Source: an uncultured virus (IMG/VR IMGVR_UViG_3300030503_000396) (lineage: Duplodnaviria; Heunggongvirae; Uroviricota; Caudoviricetes). From it: a DNA stretch of 64,000 bases. Each line of letters begins with the position of its first letter. The stretch's first letter is position 1. A model generated the notes under the pieces. It was not told the DNA's origin. It saw nothing but the letters and a program-made list of their open reading frames with translations, and did no database searches. Positions 9,130 to 19,917 of the stretch are shown here, in pieces. The stretch lies in the IMG/VR virus record IMGVR_UViG_3300030503_000396. One strand, given 5' to 3'. Made by a program: the position numbers and the translations under genes.

Positions 9130-9721
9130 TTTCGGGCCAATAGACCCGAGGATAGTTTTGGAACGTCAGCGAAAGACCATAAAGCGGCTAACACAAACTA
9201 TCTACCTGATGAAAAAGTTTCCGCCCGAACCATTACCCGAACAGGTTAGGCTGATACAAAAAGAACCGAAATACTATTGGTCGATTGTGGGGTTTACCGT
9301 GTTTACGGGCTGGTATAATAAGAACAACCTTACTTACTTACAAGGGCAAGCACTAATTATCATGTCGTACCAAAACATGCTGTTTAGGGAGGATTTAAAG
9401 TTTTGGGGAATAGGGGCAAGGCACTTGTCGATAATGAAATTGGTTGAGAAAGGGTTGGTACAAAAGATTAGGGTAAATAGTACCAAGGCGGCAAAAAAGA
9501 GAATAGCCTACATACTCACTCCTGTTGGCAGGGAGAAGGTCGATACTTATGAGGAATTTTTTAATCAGCGAATGGATGATTTTAATAGTAAAATGGATAA
9601 TTTGAAGATTATTGAAAAAGGAGATTTTTTACAGCCCGATAAGCATATTACACGGGTGATACGCAAGAGTGTCAGGGAAGAGTTATATCAGAAAGGATTG
9701 AGGGAGAGGAAGGGGATATGA
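9086..9721 (+). CDS. Winged-helix (MarR-like) DNA-binding protein
   Basis: IMKLVEKGLVQK...AYILTPVGRE. Confidence 0.55.
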   Translation: MAGNWQKGQKQVGGNFGPIDPRIVLERQRKTIKRLTQTIYLMKKFPPEPLPEQVRLIQKEPKYYWSIVGFTVFTGWYNKNNLTYLQGQALIIMSYQNMLFREDLKFWGIGARHLSIMKLVEKGLVQKIRVNSTKAAKKRIAYILTPVGREKVDTYEEFFNQRMDDFNSKMDNLKIIEKGDFLQPDKHITRVIRKSVREELYQKGLRERKGI

Positions 9722-9722
9722 A

Positions 9723-10100
9723 ATGAAACTAAAGCAATTTCTTATGAAGTCTGATGTTTTAAAATTTTCAAAAGAAGCAGATTTGGCTATCAAGAATGGG
9801 AGGGTAATAATAAATGGATTAATTGTAAGGGAGGATATGGAAATTGAATTTACAGGCGAATATAAACCCGAATCTGATTTTTGGTATGATTGGTTTAAAA
9901 ACCATAACGAAGAATATACACAAAACGAATTGTTTATGCTAACGTTCCTATATCTGCCAAACATTCAATGGCTGTTCGACACTACCGAAAAATGGAATGA
10001 AGATATTTACATTAAATATAAATCAATAATAGACCATTGCTCTAAATATATTAGTTTATGGGTAGGTAAAAAAAAGTTTATTTTAACTAAATCTATATGA
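9723..10100 (+). CDS. Stand-alone S4-like RNA-binding protein
   Basis: LKQFLMKSDVLKFSKEADLAIKNGRVIING (S4 motif) and KYISLWVGKKKFIL (TyrRS-S4-like ending). Confidence 0.6.
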   Translation: MKLKQFLMKSDVLKFSKEADLAIKNGRVIINGLIVREDMEIEFTGEYKPESDFWYDWFKNHNEEYTQNELFMLTFLYLPNIQWLFDTTEKWNEDIYIKYKSIIDHCSKYISLWVGKKKFILTKSI

Positions 10101-10339
10101 AAAAGGAAGATATATATTATTGGGAAAGTGGCTCAATGAATGGTCGAAACTCAATATATCAATATGGCGGATGTTTAACGCTTTCAGATGGACAGAAAAT
10201 ACAACACCTTGTTTCGCATCCAGTGTCTCTAAACGAACCTAAAGAATGGTTTGATTTATTTAAGTCAAACGCAAAAGAAGAAATTGAACGGGTAATTATG
10301 GAGAAGTATGAAAAGGCCAGAGATAGAAATAACGGATAG
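10097..10339 (+). CDS. Hypothetical protein
   Basis: Operon packing. Confidence 0.55.
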   Translation: MKKEDIYYWESGSMNGRNSIYQYGGCLTLSDGQKIQHLVSHPVSLNEPKEWFDLFKSNAKEEIERVIMEKYEKARDRNNG

Positions 10340-10637
10340 AGAAGAACTGGTATCTTATATTGCATATCAGGATAAAATACTTAACGGAGTTAGCAACCTG
10401 AAAAAACAAATATTGTTATTGGCCGATGCAATAGCAAAGGAACTTGAAAGCATTAACGAGGGTAAGGATGACCCGCTAAAAATATTAAAGGGCGATGAAA
10501 AGCTATTTGAACGCATAAGCCTATTGGTTAAAAACAAAGCAGATTGGATGAGTTTGACCATAACCGAAGAAACAGAAACAACCACCGTTAAAAAAGTCAA
10601 GAGTAATATTCAAGACTTTGTTGTTAAGCCAAAATAA
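10308..10637 (+). CDS. Helical protein, candidate terminase small subunit
   Basis: Size and position immediately upstream of the terminase large subunit. Confidence 0.4.
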   Translation: MKRPEIEITDREELVSYIAYQDKILNGVSNLKKQILLLADAIAKELESINEGKDDPLKILKGDEKLFERISLLVKNKADWMSLTITEETETTTVKKVKSNIQDFVVKPK

Positions 10638-10652
10638 CATTACATTTGGCTA

Positions 10653-12698
10653 ATGAACAGGGAACAATGTAAATTAGCTATTGAAAAGTTTGAAAGGTCA
10701 AGGGTTATTGGCGAAATAACCGTTTATCTTCCTGAACCCCCACGATGGAACGAAATAGCTAACTTTAATATTCCCGCAGAAAAGCAATTTTTTCCTTACC
10801 CCGACGTTCCAAAACAACTTACAGAAGATTTTTTACATCAAGAGGTAGCCAAACTCGCCGAAACAAACGGTGGGTTTTGGTTTTTTAATGCGGGTAGGTT
10901 AGAGTTTGTTTCAGACATTCATTACCTTTTACTCGGATACTGGCGTGATAAAGGCAAAAAAATGCTATTTATTGATGCGCAGCGTGATGTAATGCTATGG
11001 TGGAGGCAGATAGAGTTAATGCCGAACATGGCTGGTGGAAACTTAGCTACTAACAGGCGCTTTGGTAAATCAAATATAGGGAACTGCATTCTTTATAAGA
11101 GAACCGCATGGGGTACATATCGCCGTGGGGGCATGCAGTCAAAAACAAATGAAGATGTAAAAACCTTATTCAAAAAGTTAGTTTCATCATGGACGCAGCT
11201 TGAAGACTTTTTAAAGCCAGTCGATAGCGGCGAAACACGACCTGCTACCATACTTGAGTTTGCAGAGCCTCGTAAAAGGGCGCAAAAAGACGGGGGTAAG
11301 ATTTACGGTGAAGCACTAAATTCGTCAATAGACCACAGGTCAAGCGTAGAGGAGGCGTATGATGGTGAAGAGTTATACACTATGCTTGACGATGAGTGCG
11401 GCAAAACTAAGGAAGTAAATACCGACACCCGTTATTATATATATCGTTTCTGTTTGCAAAAAGGTTCTGCTATAACAGGCAAGTGCTTGCGTACTACTAC
11501 CGTAGAGGATATGGAGAAAAAAGGGGGCGCTAACTTCAAAAAAACCTGGGATGCAAGCCGAATGAACACTTTAAATCCAAAAACAGGCAGGACTGAAAGT
11601 TATTTAACAAACCTACTTATCCCAGCAGATTATGGATATGTAGGCTCACACCCTGTAACAGGGGTTAAATTTGTTGATGACCACGGTTATTCAAACAGGG
11701 AAGCAGCGCGAGAATTTATATTATCATTATGGGAAAATTTAGAAGGGTCGGATTTAGCTAAGGCACAACAGAAAGACCCGTTATCGGAACGGCACATGTG
11801 GCAGGCTAAAAACTTCGGTGGTTGCTTCGACAACGAGGTGCTTCAAAACCAACTTGACTATTTAGAGTGCAACAATGATAGACCCGAAGATAACGCACCG
11901 TCAGGGTTACGAAGGCGGGTAACTTTTTACAGGGAATTACAAAAATCAACAGACCCGAACGCCGAACCCGTAACAATAGTAAAGTGGCGAGATGATAAAA
12001 ACGGAGCTTGCGAGATGGTTTGGGATTTTGATTTACCCGAACAAGCGAATAAGAAAAAAGTCATATATAGCGGCGGTCTTGCGCCGGGTAATGAAGAAAG
12101 TTTTGCCATTGGAGTTGACCCTATTGGCGCAACGCTAACAACAGGAACGGAGAAGTCGCAGGCGGTCGCATACGTTTATAGAAAAGGCGACCACAACGAC
12201 CCCGAAAATAGTGGAATGATGGTGTTGAGATTTGCACCCCCTCGCCACACCATAAGGTTTAAGCGGGATTTCCATAAATACGTAATGATGCTTTGCGAAT
12301 ATTACGGGTGCAAGGCTAATTATGAAAACAACATTGATGATTATTACGAAACGTTCATCGATGAGGGATATAAACATTATGTCATGTGGCGACCTAAAGC
12401 TACCATTGACCCGATGAGGAAGAAAAAATTGTCAGAGAAGTATGGTACACCGTCTAACGACCCTTTTGCCTTACAAAAACAGACTGATATAGCCGATGAG
12501 TATATAAAAGTAAGGTGGCATAAGATTTATTTTATACCGTTAGTAAAGCAACTTATTGCATTTGACCAGTCCGACCGTACTCACTCTGATGAATGTATTG
12601 CTTTTTTTATGGCTTTAATTGGTGGTACAGAGCGAAAACAAGACAATAAACCCAAGATTTCGGGCATGTCAATTTTACCAGTAAGAAGAAGTGCATAA
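10653..12698 (+). CDS. terL: Terminase large subunit
   Basis: Walker A NRRFGKS, Walker B LDDECGK, nuclease motifs IGVDP, YENN and HSDECIA; crAss-like layout. Confidence 0.92.
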   Translation: MNREQCKLAIEKFERSRVIGEITVYLPEPPRWNEIANFNIPAEKQFFPYPDVPKQLTEDFLHQEVAKLAETNGGFWFFNAGRLEFVSDIHYLLLGYWRDKGKKMLFIDAQRDVMLWWRQIELMPNMAGGNLATNRRFGKSNIGNCILYKRTAWGTYRRGGMQSKTNEDVKTLFKKLVSSWTQLEDFLKPVDSGETRPATILEFAEPRKRAQKDGGKIYGEALNSSIDHRSSVEEAYDGEELYTMLDDECGKTKEVNTDTRYYIYRFCLQKGSAITGKCLRTTTVEDMEKKGGANFKKTWDASRMNTLNPKTGRTESYLTNLLIPADYGYVGSHPVTGVKFVDDHGYSNREAAREFILSLWENLEGSDLAKAQQKDPLSERHMWQAKNFGGCFDNEVLQNQLDYLECNNDRPEDNAPSGLRRRVTFYRELQKSTDPNAEPVTIVKWRDDKNGACEMVWDFDLPEQANKKKVIYSGGLAPGNEESFAIGVDPIGATLTTGTEKSQAVAYVYRKGDHNDPENSGMMVLRFAPPRHTIRFKRDFHKYVMMLCEYYGCKANYENNIDDYYETFIDEGYKHYVMWRPKATIDPMRKKKLSEKYGTPSNDPFALQKQTDIADEYIKVRWHKIYFIPLVKQLIAFDQSDRTHSDECIAFFMALIGGTERKQDNKPKISGMSILPVRRSA

Positions 12699-12740
12699 AA
12701 ATATATCAAAATAAAATATATATTTGTTACAAAAAATACT

Positions 12741-15158
12741 ATGCTCCCAATAACGTCCCTAACAGCCAACCCGCTATCTTCGGATAGTGAGAAAAATACC
12801 GAAGAGTTCGGTTTGAAAGTAATGCGTGGCTGTTATAACCGTTGGAGGGCAGGGTATGGTGGCGAAACCTATGTAGCTCGTATTGCAAGGATAATGAAGA
12901 ATAGACTGTATGCAATGGGTAAACAACCTTGCGAACAGTTTCGGGATCAGGTAAAAGTAGAGGGGCAAATCGTAGTTGTTAACCTGGACTACTCCCCATT
13001 GGCGATAGCCGTTCCTTTGCTAAACGCCAAGATTGACCGATATATGCAGCGTGAGGAAAAAATATCATGCAAGGCATTTGGCCCTGTAAGCCAAAATAAG
13101 AAAAAGAAAGATAAAGACGAGGCTAAATTCAAAATGAATTACGGGCCAGCGGTGCAGCAATTACAACAGTCGGCAGGGTTGCAGTTAGAGGAATTTTCAG
13201 ATAGCGACCCCAAATCAGAGCAGGAGCTTAATATCAAGTTCAAAACCACCTATAAGCAAAAAGAAGAAATTATCATGCAAATGGGCATGGAGATGGTATT
13301 CGACCAAAACGAATGGCAGGACGTGATAAAGTCTAAATTGCTAACCGATATTTTCTGCGCAGGATATTCAATTACACAGACCGAACTTAACGGCAATGGA
13401 TGGATAAAAACTCCATGGGTACAGCCTGAAGCATTCATCACCTCTTATTCAGAATTTGACGACTTTAGAGATTGGCAATGGCAAGGTCAGAAGCTAACAA
13501 TGGCGATTACCGAAATACGTATGCGTTACCCAAACAAGTATACAGAGGACGAACTTTGGGCATTGGCAAATAGGTTTAAGGGTAAATACGGTAACTCGTC
13601 TGATTGGTTTGTAGAGTGGGATACTTATTACACTACTGCAATAGCACGGCCTTATGACCAGGTAAGCTGCGAAGTAGTGGACTTATACTACAAAACGCTA
13701 TATAACCTGAAAAAGTCGGTTGTAAAGAATAAATACGGCCGTGAGGCTATACTGGATACCACAACCGACAAGTCGGCAACCGAACTAAAATCGCCGCCAT
13801 ACTATGTAGCCTATCATGGGGTATGGATATGTGAAACAGACGAGGTGTTGGAATGGGGGTTGGCTAAACACATGCTGAAACCTAATAATAATTTGGTAGA
13901 GATACGCTCGCCGTATTCGGTACACATGTATAGCAACAATAAGTGCAGGAACACCCCGCTTGTAGAAACCATGATACCGCTTATTGATTTGATGCAGAAT
14001 ATACATTTGCAAACTCAGAAAATCATAGCCATGACCGCCCCTGATGGGTTTAATATCGATATTTTAGGGTTGTCAAATATGGATATGGGCGAAGGGGTTG
14101 GAGTAATATCACCCATGCAGGCGTTTGGTATATATCTCCAAACAGGTAATCAGTATTACCGTTCTAAAGAACCCGATAGCGACGAACAATCACAGCCGCC
14201 TATACAACCACAAAATAATCAATATTCCAATAAGATTGAGCAGTTAGATGCGCAGTGGTGGAGTGCTTATAAGAAACTGCAAATCATTACGGGGGATAAC
14301 AATCTTGCCAGTGGGCAGATAACTAACGGCGCAACGGCTAACAGCACGTTGAATGATGCCCGTGAAATAGCCGATAATGCCTCTAACTATGCCTACAAAT
14401 CATACCTGCAAAACTTCAAGGGCTGCGCTAAGAACGTGGAATTGTTGTTATTGGATAAGTTCATGGGATTAGATAACTCATTCGACGGGTATAATCTTGC
14501 CCTCGGTAAAGAGGATATAGAGTATCTGAAAAATATGGACGACGAAGATTTGGCAAGCCTGATGTTTGATACGAAGATTGAAGTTGTGCTTGATAGTGCC
14601 GATAAAGCACGATGGGATCATTTCATTGGTATTGCGCTGGAGAAAAACCAAATCACCACGGCTGATGTGGCTATGCTCGATATGATAAGCGACCAAACTT
14701 ATCGCTCGTTCTTATTGGCGCAGGCTGTTAAACAAAAGCAAGCCGATGATATGAAGATTGCTAAACAGAACAGCGATAACAATATTGCCGGTCAGAAAGC
14801 AAGTGCGCAGGAAACAGGGGCGCAGGCTATGGCTTTGGATGCTCAAAACCATAAGAATAAGCTTGAGCAGATACAGAAAGAGCAGGATGGTAAAGCAATG
14901 ACGGCTGATATAAACACAGCGGGAGTGTTAAAGGGTAAGATAATAGATGCTGTGCTATCAGACCCGACAGCTACTTTGGATAAAATACCTGCCTTTATTT
15001 GGCAGACTTTGCATATTACAGATACAGCGCAGCAACAGTTTATATTGCAGAGCATGCAGGCAGCGGCACAGAAACAGCAACAACCCATGCAACCACAGGG
15101 GCAACCTATGCCTCAACAGCAGGGACAAGGGCAACAGCCGCAACAAGCCGCTGCTTAA
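12741..15158 (+). CDS. Portal protein
   Basis: 805 aa after terL; NRLYAMGKQ, NLDYSPL and YLQTGN motifs of crAss-like portals; Q-rich tail. Confidence 0.88.
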   Translation: MLPITSLTANPLSSDSEKNTEEFGLKVMRGCYNRWRAGYGGETYVARIARIMKNRLYAMGKQPCEQFRDQVKVEGQIVVVNLDYSPLAIAVPLLNAKIDRYMQREEKISCKAFGPVSQNKKKKDKDEAKFKMNYGPAVQQLQQSAGLQLEEFSDSDPKSEQELNIKFKTTYKQKEEIIMQMGMEMVFDQNEWQDVIKSKLLTDIFCAGYSITQTELNGNGWIKTPWVQPEAFITSYSEFDDFRDWQWQGQKLTMAITEIRMRYPNKYTEDELWALANRFKGKYGNSSDWFVEWDTYYTTAIARPYDQVSCEVVDLYYKTLYNLKKSVVKNKYGREAILDTTTDKSATELKSPPYYVAYHGVWICETDEVLEWGLAKHMLKPNNNLVEIRSPYSVHMYSNNKCRNTPLVETMIPLIDLMQNIHLQTQKIIAMTAPDGFNIDILGLSNMDMGEGVGVISPMQAFGIYLQTGNQYYRSKEPDSDEQSQPPIQPQNNQYSNKIEQLDAQWWSAYKKLQIITGDNNLASGQITNGATANSTLNDAREIADNASNYAYKSYLQNFKGCAKNVELLLLDKFMGLDNSFDGYNLALGKEDIEYLKNMDDEDLASLMFDTKIEVVLDSADKARWDHFIGIALEKNQITTADVAMLDMISDQTYRSFLLAQAVKQKQADDMKIAKQNSDNNIAGQKASAQETGAQAMALDAQNHKNKLEQIQKEQDGKAMTADINTAGVLKGKIIDAVLSDPTATLDKIPAFIWQTLHITDTAQQQFILQSMQAAAQKQQQPMQPQGQPMPQQQGQGQQPQQAAA

Positions 15159-15648
15159 TGTATAAACTGTGTGAATACTAAAAACCAACCAAAGATTGCT
15201 AATATAATAGCAAAACCTCTAAAGCCCCATGCGTATGGTGCGGTATTTGGATAGCTAAACGCTGCTAACGTAAATACGATCGTGGATATGATTATCCAAA
15301 TTTCGGTAATGTTCATAAGGGGTAAACGGTTGGGGGAGGGGATTGTTTTAATAAAAATAATATGTTCGGGTTAAGGAACCCTCCTATCATTTTATCAAAT
15401 TATACTTGTTTATTTTTGGAGCGGTAATTAATCATGGTTAACATTACCTCACGTTAGAATAGCTAAATCTTCCGAATAAACTCGCACAATATCTTTACTT
15501 CTTTTTATCAATTTAACTTCCAAACCCATTTCCCGCCATTTACTAACCCCCTCGCCATTATCTTCCCATTGTTGGCTAAACGGGTTAAAGAAATGCCATT
15601 TGTATTTTGAGCCACGTTTCATCTTACCACCGATAACATCCCAAACAG

Positions 15649-15960
15649 TTATGCACCTTCACGAAAAGTTATGCCAACAATAATTAAACTAATTGGCGTT
15701 TTATAAAATCCGTTAAATTGCATTTTGCAATTCTGTAATTTATTACGACCAACAGCCATCCAACTATTACCATTGTCGTCCATAATAACAGAACCTACCC
15801 GTAAATCTTCATTTACTTTTAGAAACACATTTCCTGAACTGTATGGGTTTTCTAAAACATAAGTTTTTTTAAATTTTAATAGCCCGAATAAATATGTTTT
15901 AACAACAACTTCCGTAAGTACGTCGTTCATTGTTGTTATTTGCTCGTTTAGTATTTTCAT
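15649..15960 (-). CDS. Hypothetical protein
   Basis: In the inverted AT-rich island between portal and scaffold. Confidence 0.5.
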   Translation of the reverse strand: MKILNEQITTMNDVLTEVVVKTYLFGLLKFKKTYVLENPYSSGNVFLKVNEDLRVGSVIMDDNGNSWMAVGRNKLQNCKMQFNGFYKTPISLIIVGITFREGA

Positions 15961-16317
15961 AATATTCCGTATAGGATGCCGATTAGGAGAGGGAGGGTCA
16001 TGGGTTAACTTTTATTTTTCGGTAATTAACTCCGTTTTTAAAACGAGGGTTGTACCGCTCTATTTTTGGTTTCTTTTCAGATCTTGTTAACTCTAAAATT
16101 ATTCTATCCAAAGTTGGTAAATTAAAAATGTATGGTTTTTCGTTTTCGTCTTTCATAACTAATTAACGTAATAGTTTATTAAGTCTTTTCATTTCGTATT
16201 TGACTTTCATAAAAAACTTTTTAGCTTCTTTATCATTGTCAAATGCAATAGCATCTTTAAAACCAAAAGTCCCATTAGCTTTTAGGACGTATTCTCGAGC
16301 ATTTATACCTGATGCTT

Positions 16318-16521
16318 TCATATCCAATTAAATCGTTTAAAATTCCTAAATGGCAAATCTACAAGTTCATATAACAACTGACCCCTAAACTCAAAAAGTA
16401 TTCTATATTTAGTCGGGTCAATCAATTGCTGTTTAGCATTGGCGGCGCACTCTTTTACCATTAGTGTCCTGCGTTGGCTCACCCACTTCTCGTGGGCTAT
16501 TTTGTTTGATATGGTGCTCAT
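16318..16521 (-). CDS. Hypothetical protein
   Basis: Inverted island, overlapping start/stop. Confidence 0.5.
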   Translation of the reverse strand: MSTISNKIAHEKWVSQRRTLMVKECAANAKQQLIDPTKYRILFEFRGQLLYELVDLPFRNFKRFNWI

Positions 16522-16715
16522 AAAATTTTAGTAAGGGTTATTTCAACTTTGGTATAACCTCTTCGCATATCTTCGGACACCATATTTTGTATATCAATTG
16601 ATACTTTTATTGGAAATTCACTATCCCCAAGTTCATTTAAGGCTGCATTTAATTCTTTTTCAGCGGTTCTTATTAGCGACACTATTTCTTGTTCATTAAG
16701 GTTCATTTTTTTCAA
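16518..16715 (-). CDS. Hypothetical protein
   Basis: Inverted island. Confidence 0.5.
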   Translation of the reverse strand: MKKMNLNEQEIVSLIRTAEKELNAALNELGDSEFPIKVSIDIQNMVSEDMRRGYTKVEITLTKIL

Positions 16716-16729
16716 TTTTTTAATTTTGT

Positions 16730-16927
16730 CTATAATTCGGTTAACCCCCCATATCCATTTTCAATCAACCATCGATCGTATTCTGGTAAACTACCCATAA
16801 CCATAAATCCACTGTTTTCAAGCATGTATAATTGTCCAAAAGGTTGGAGTATCCACATTTCTGCCCTATACCCCAAATACTCCTTAAACAAGTCAAGTCG
16901 TTTATCTATTTTTTCGAGGGTTGTCAT
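16730..16927 (-). CDS. Hypothetical protein
   Basis: Likely start MTTLEK at 16927. Confidence 0.5.
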   Translation of the reverse strand: MTTLEKIDKRLDLFKEYLGYRAEMWILQPFGQLYMLENSGFMVMGSLPEYDRWLIENGYGGLTEL

Positions 16928-17113
16928 ATTAAAATAATGGGAATAGCATTTTATTAAACACACGAATAGCATTATCTAAATCGTTTTTTAACTTTTTAGA
17001 CTTAATTGATTTTTCTTGCTGCTCTTTTTGAAATATTTTCAATTCTTTTTTAGTCATTGTATCTGCAATGGTCATTAGGTGAATTGGTTTGTTGTTTTTC
17101 ATGGATTTAATTT

Positions 17114-17257
17114 CTATTCCTCCAATTTCTTCAACCCGTCGATCAAAATCCGCCTAATTAAATTAGATACAGTCCGTTTCTGTTTAGCTGCCTCTTTAAT
17201 CAATTTTGCATGTTCGTCCGATGTTATTACCGATTGCACCCTACTAACTTTTGTCAT
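17114..17257 (-). CDS. 47-aa ribbon-helix-helix (CopG-like) repressor (not in track)
   Basis: MTKVSRVQSVITSDEHAKLIKEAAKQKRTVSNLIRRILIDGLKKLEE; TACTACGA direct repeat upstream. Confidence 0.75.
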   Translation of the reverse strand: MTKVSRVQSVITSDEHAKLIKEAAKQKRTVSNLIRRILIDGLKKLEE

Positions 17258-17347
17258 ATATAATACTACGATTTACTACGAATATAAGTACAATAAACCA
17301 TATATCAAAACATTCGATATACTTTTATACCAAATTAAAATCAATTT

Positions 17348-18481
17348 ATGGCTTACGAAGAAGTAATTGACAGTCAGGACGAGGGTTTAAGGGACGCATT
17401 TGCAGCGGCTTTAGACGGTAAATTGGGTTATGAAACACCCGTAGTAGAGGATATAGTGGTTGAAACGCCACCAGTTGTTGAAACACCGCCTGCCGCAGAA
17501 ACACCCGCCCCCTTCGACTTCGCCATCGCATCAGATGGTTACATAAAAGACGAAAACGACTTTAAATCAACCATTCAAAAAGCTAAGGAACGTGATGAAC
17601 TGGAAAGCCGCCTGAAAGAAACAGAAGGCAAGGTTATCAACTTCTCCAATGACGAAAGTAAACGTATTTACGAACTTATCGCATCGGGTAACGAAGCCGC
17701 CGCAGCCGATTACCTAACCGAAAAGCGCAGGGACTACAAAACCATGTCGGATTTAGATGTGGTGCGTACTGCATTGCAAAAAGCTAACCCCAACTGGTCA
17801 GGCAAGGATGTAGAATTAGAACTACGTGCCGAATATGGTAAACAGTTGGAACTTATCGACCTGTCAACTATTGACAAGGAAGATGAACCCGACCAGTTCG
17901 CAAAGGCAGAGGCGCATAACGAGCGTGTAGAGGAAAACCTTTTACGTCTGCAAAGGGCAGCCCGTGATAGCAGGCTTACCCTCATTGAACAACAATCAAA
18001 AATAAAACTACCCGAAATAAAACAGGAAGCCGTACAAGCACCCGCAGCGAACACCCCCACAACAGAGGAGATACAAGCAGCAGAGGCAAAATGGCAAAAG
18101 GACGTTGATGAGGCGTTACCAAAATTAGGCAGTATCAAACAGGTTATAGACGACAAGGAGGTGGAATATAGCTTTACCGATGCAGAAAACAAAGATTTTG
18201 GCGATTACATGAAAACGTTTAACCTGTTAAATTTTGCTAAAGAAAGCGGGTGGTATAATGCCGATGGCTCTACCAATGTTGCTAAACTCGCCGAGGATGT
18301 GCGATATATGCGTAACAAGGATAAGATAAACAAAGCATTTGCCACACAGTTTAAAACCGAAACCACTAAGAAAGTGATAAAGGAAATTAAGAACATCGAC
18401 CCGCCTAAACGTGGCGCAGGCGATGCGACCCCGCAATCAATCGAAGAGGCATACTGGGATGCAAGAGATAAATCGGCGTAG
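17348..18481 (+). CDS. Capsid scaffolding-like protein
   Basis: Acidic, coiled-coil, immediately upstream of the major capsid gene. Confidence 0.75.
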   Translation: MAYEEVIDSQDEGLRDAFAAALDGKLGYETPVVEDIVVETPPVVETPPAAETPAPFDFAIASDGYIKDENDFKSTIQKAKERDELESRLKETEGKVINFSNDESKRIYELIASGNEAAAADYLTEKRRDYKTMSDLDVVRTALQKANPNWSGKDVELELRAEYGKQLELIDLSTIDKEDEPDQFAKAEAHNERVEENLLRLQRAARDSRLTLIEQQSKIKLPEIKQEAVQAPAANTPTTEEIQAAEAKWQKDVDEALPKLGSIKQVIDDKEVEYSFTDAENKDFGDYMKTFNLLNFAKESGWYNADGSTNVAKLAEDVRYMRNKDKINKAFATQFKTETTKKVIKEIKNIDPPKRGAGDATPQSIEEAYWDARDKSA

Positions 18482-18517
18482 AATATCAATTCACCCACTA
18501 TTAATTAAAAACAAAAA

Positions 18518-19864
18518 ATGGCAACTCAACCGGTTTCAACACCCAATGCGTTCTCCACCTCCGGGGTTACGAGGGGCGGGACACTCATATCGCAATTAAA
18601 CATCGTAGTACCACGTACTTTGATGGAACTGTTTAAAAAATACAGGTTCACTTCTTACATGCTGTTAACGCAGTTAGAGGGCGGTATATTAAAAATTTCA
18701 AAAGAAAGCGAAAATAAACTCTTTTATCACTACGAAGATTATGGTAGGGATATGGGCTTTGTTACCGCTTCGGCTAACTTTACCTCATCAGGCGCTGGTA
18801 CAGCAGCTACCTTTACTATCGGCACAGGTTCGTATTCCAATTCAGGTACAACCTCATTGCCCGATATAGGTGGTATTTGGTATAATGCCCGTACAGGCGT
18901 GGAAAGTCAGGTAACAGCTATCAACAAAGCAACCCCTAACGCACATACCGTTACTGTTGTCCCTGTCGTTTCTACGCAGGATGCAGCAGGTAATGCTAAT
19001 GATGTTATGCAGTTCTTAGGTTACAAATACGTTGGCGAAAGCTCAACCTACACCACTACCATTGTTAAGCAAATCGCTAAATACACTAACTATTGTACCG
19101 CTCACCGTAAGGATTGCATCCTTTCTGATTTGTCTACAATGGAGCGTATCGATTTTCCTTACAACGGTCAAAACTTCTATTCTTACAAACAAATGGACGA
19201 TGATGATAATGCGTTCATGCAGGAAGAAGAGTTGTTGCTGTTACGTTCCAACTTAACCAACAACCTTGCTAACGGCGATCCCGGTACATTAGGTATGATT
19301 AACTGGATTCAGGCGAACGGTATTAACAAAACATACGCATCATTCAATGTACAGTCTACATTCTCTGATATGGAGCGTTCATTTGATTATGAAGGTGCGC
19401 CAATGTCAATGGACTGGCTGCAAGATACCAATCAGAACTTAGACGTGCAGAACGCTTTAGGTAATGAGTTCCAGAACGGCGCGATACTTTACGACCCCGA
19501 AGACTTACGTCGTGGGTTTAAGAAATTCAGCCCGTACGGACGTGAGTACACCTTTATCCGTTACACTCCGTTTACGGACCCTCGTTTCTTTGGTTCATCA
19601 GCTACAAACAGCTTGACCAATAACTTCGGTGTTTGCGTACCTACTGGTAAACGTGATTTGAACGGCGATATGTCTAAAAATGATATGCCGCAGCTTATCC
19701 GCCGTTACCAACAGGTAAAAGGACAACAGGTTTACGCATGGGAAACAGGTGCGCTATCGGATAGCGGTAAAACTACTACCATGAACTTAACTTATTCTAT
19801 GCAGTCATATCCAGGCTTAACCCTGCAAGGTTCAAACCAGTTTATGATTATCAATAAAGGATAG
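18518..19864 (+). CDS. Major capsid protein (crAss-like HK97 fold)
   Basis: 448 aa; EEELLLL and GTLGMINWIQANG motifs; followed by a strong terminator. Confidence 0.88.
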   Translation: MATQPVSTPNAFSTSGVTRGGTLISQLNIVVPRTLMELFKKYRFTSYMLLTQLEGGILKISKESENKLFYHYEDYGRDMGFVTASANFTSSGAGTAATFTIGTGSYSNSGTTSLPDIGGIWYNARTGVESQVTAINKATPNAHTVTVVPVVSTQDAAGNANDVMQFLGYKYVGESSTYTTTIVKQIAKYTNYCTAHRKDCILSDLSTMERIDFPYNGQNFYSYKQMDDDDNAFMQEEELLLLRSNLTNNLANGDPGTLGMINWIQANGINKTYASFNVQSTFSDMERSFDYEGAPMSMDWLQDTNQNLDVQNALGNEFQNGAILYDPEDLRRGFKKFSPYGREYTFIRYTPFTDPRFFGSSATNSLTNNFGVCVPTGKRDLNGDMSKNDMPQLIRRYQQVKGQQVYAWETGALSDSGKTTTMNLTYSMQSYPGLTLQGSNQFMIINKG

Positions 19865-19879
19865 TTAGACATAATACTG

Positions 19880-19906
19880 GGGCGGTAATTTAGCCGCCCC
19901 TTTTTA
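19880..19906 (+). terminator. Intrinsic terminator after the major capsid gene
   Basis: GGGGCGG-N-CCGCCCC-TTTTT. Confidence 0.85.
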
Positions 19907-19917
19907 ATTACATAAAA

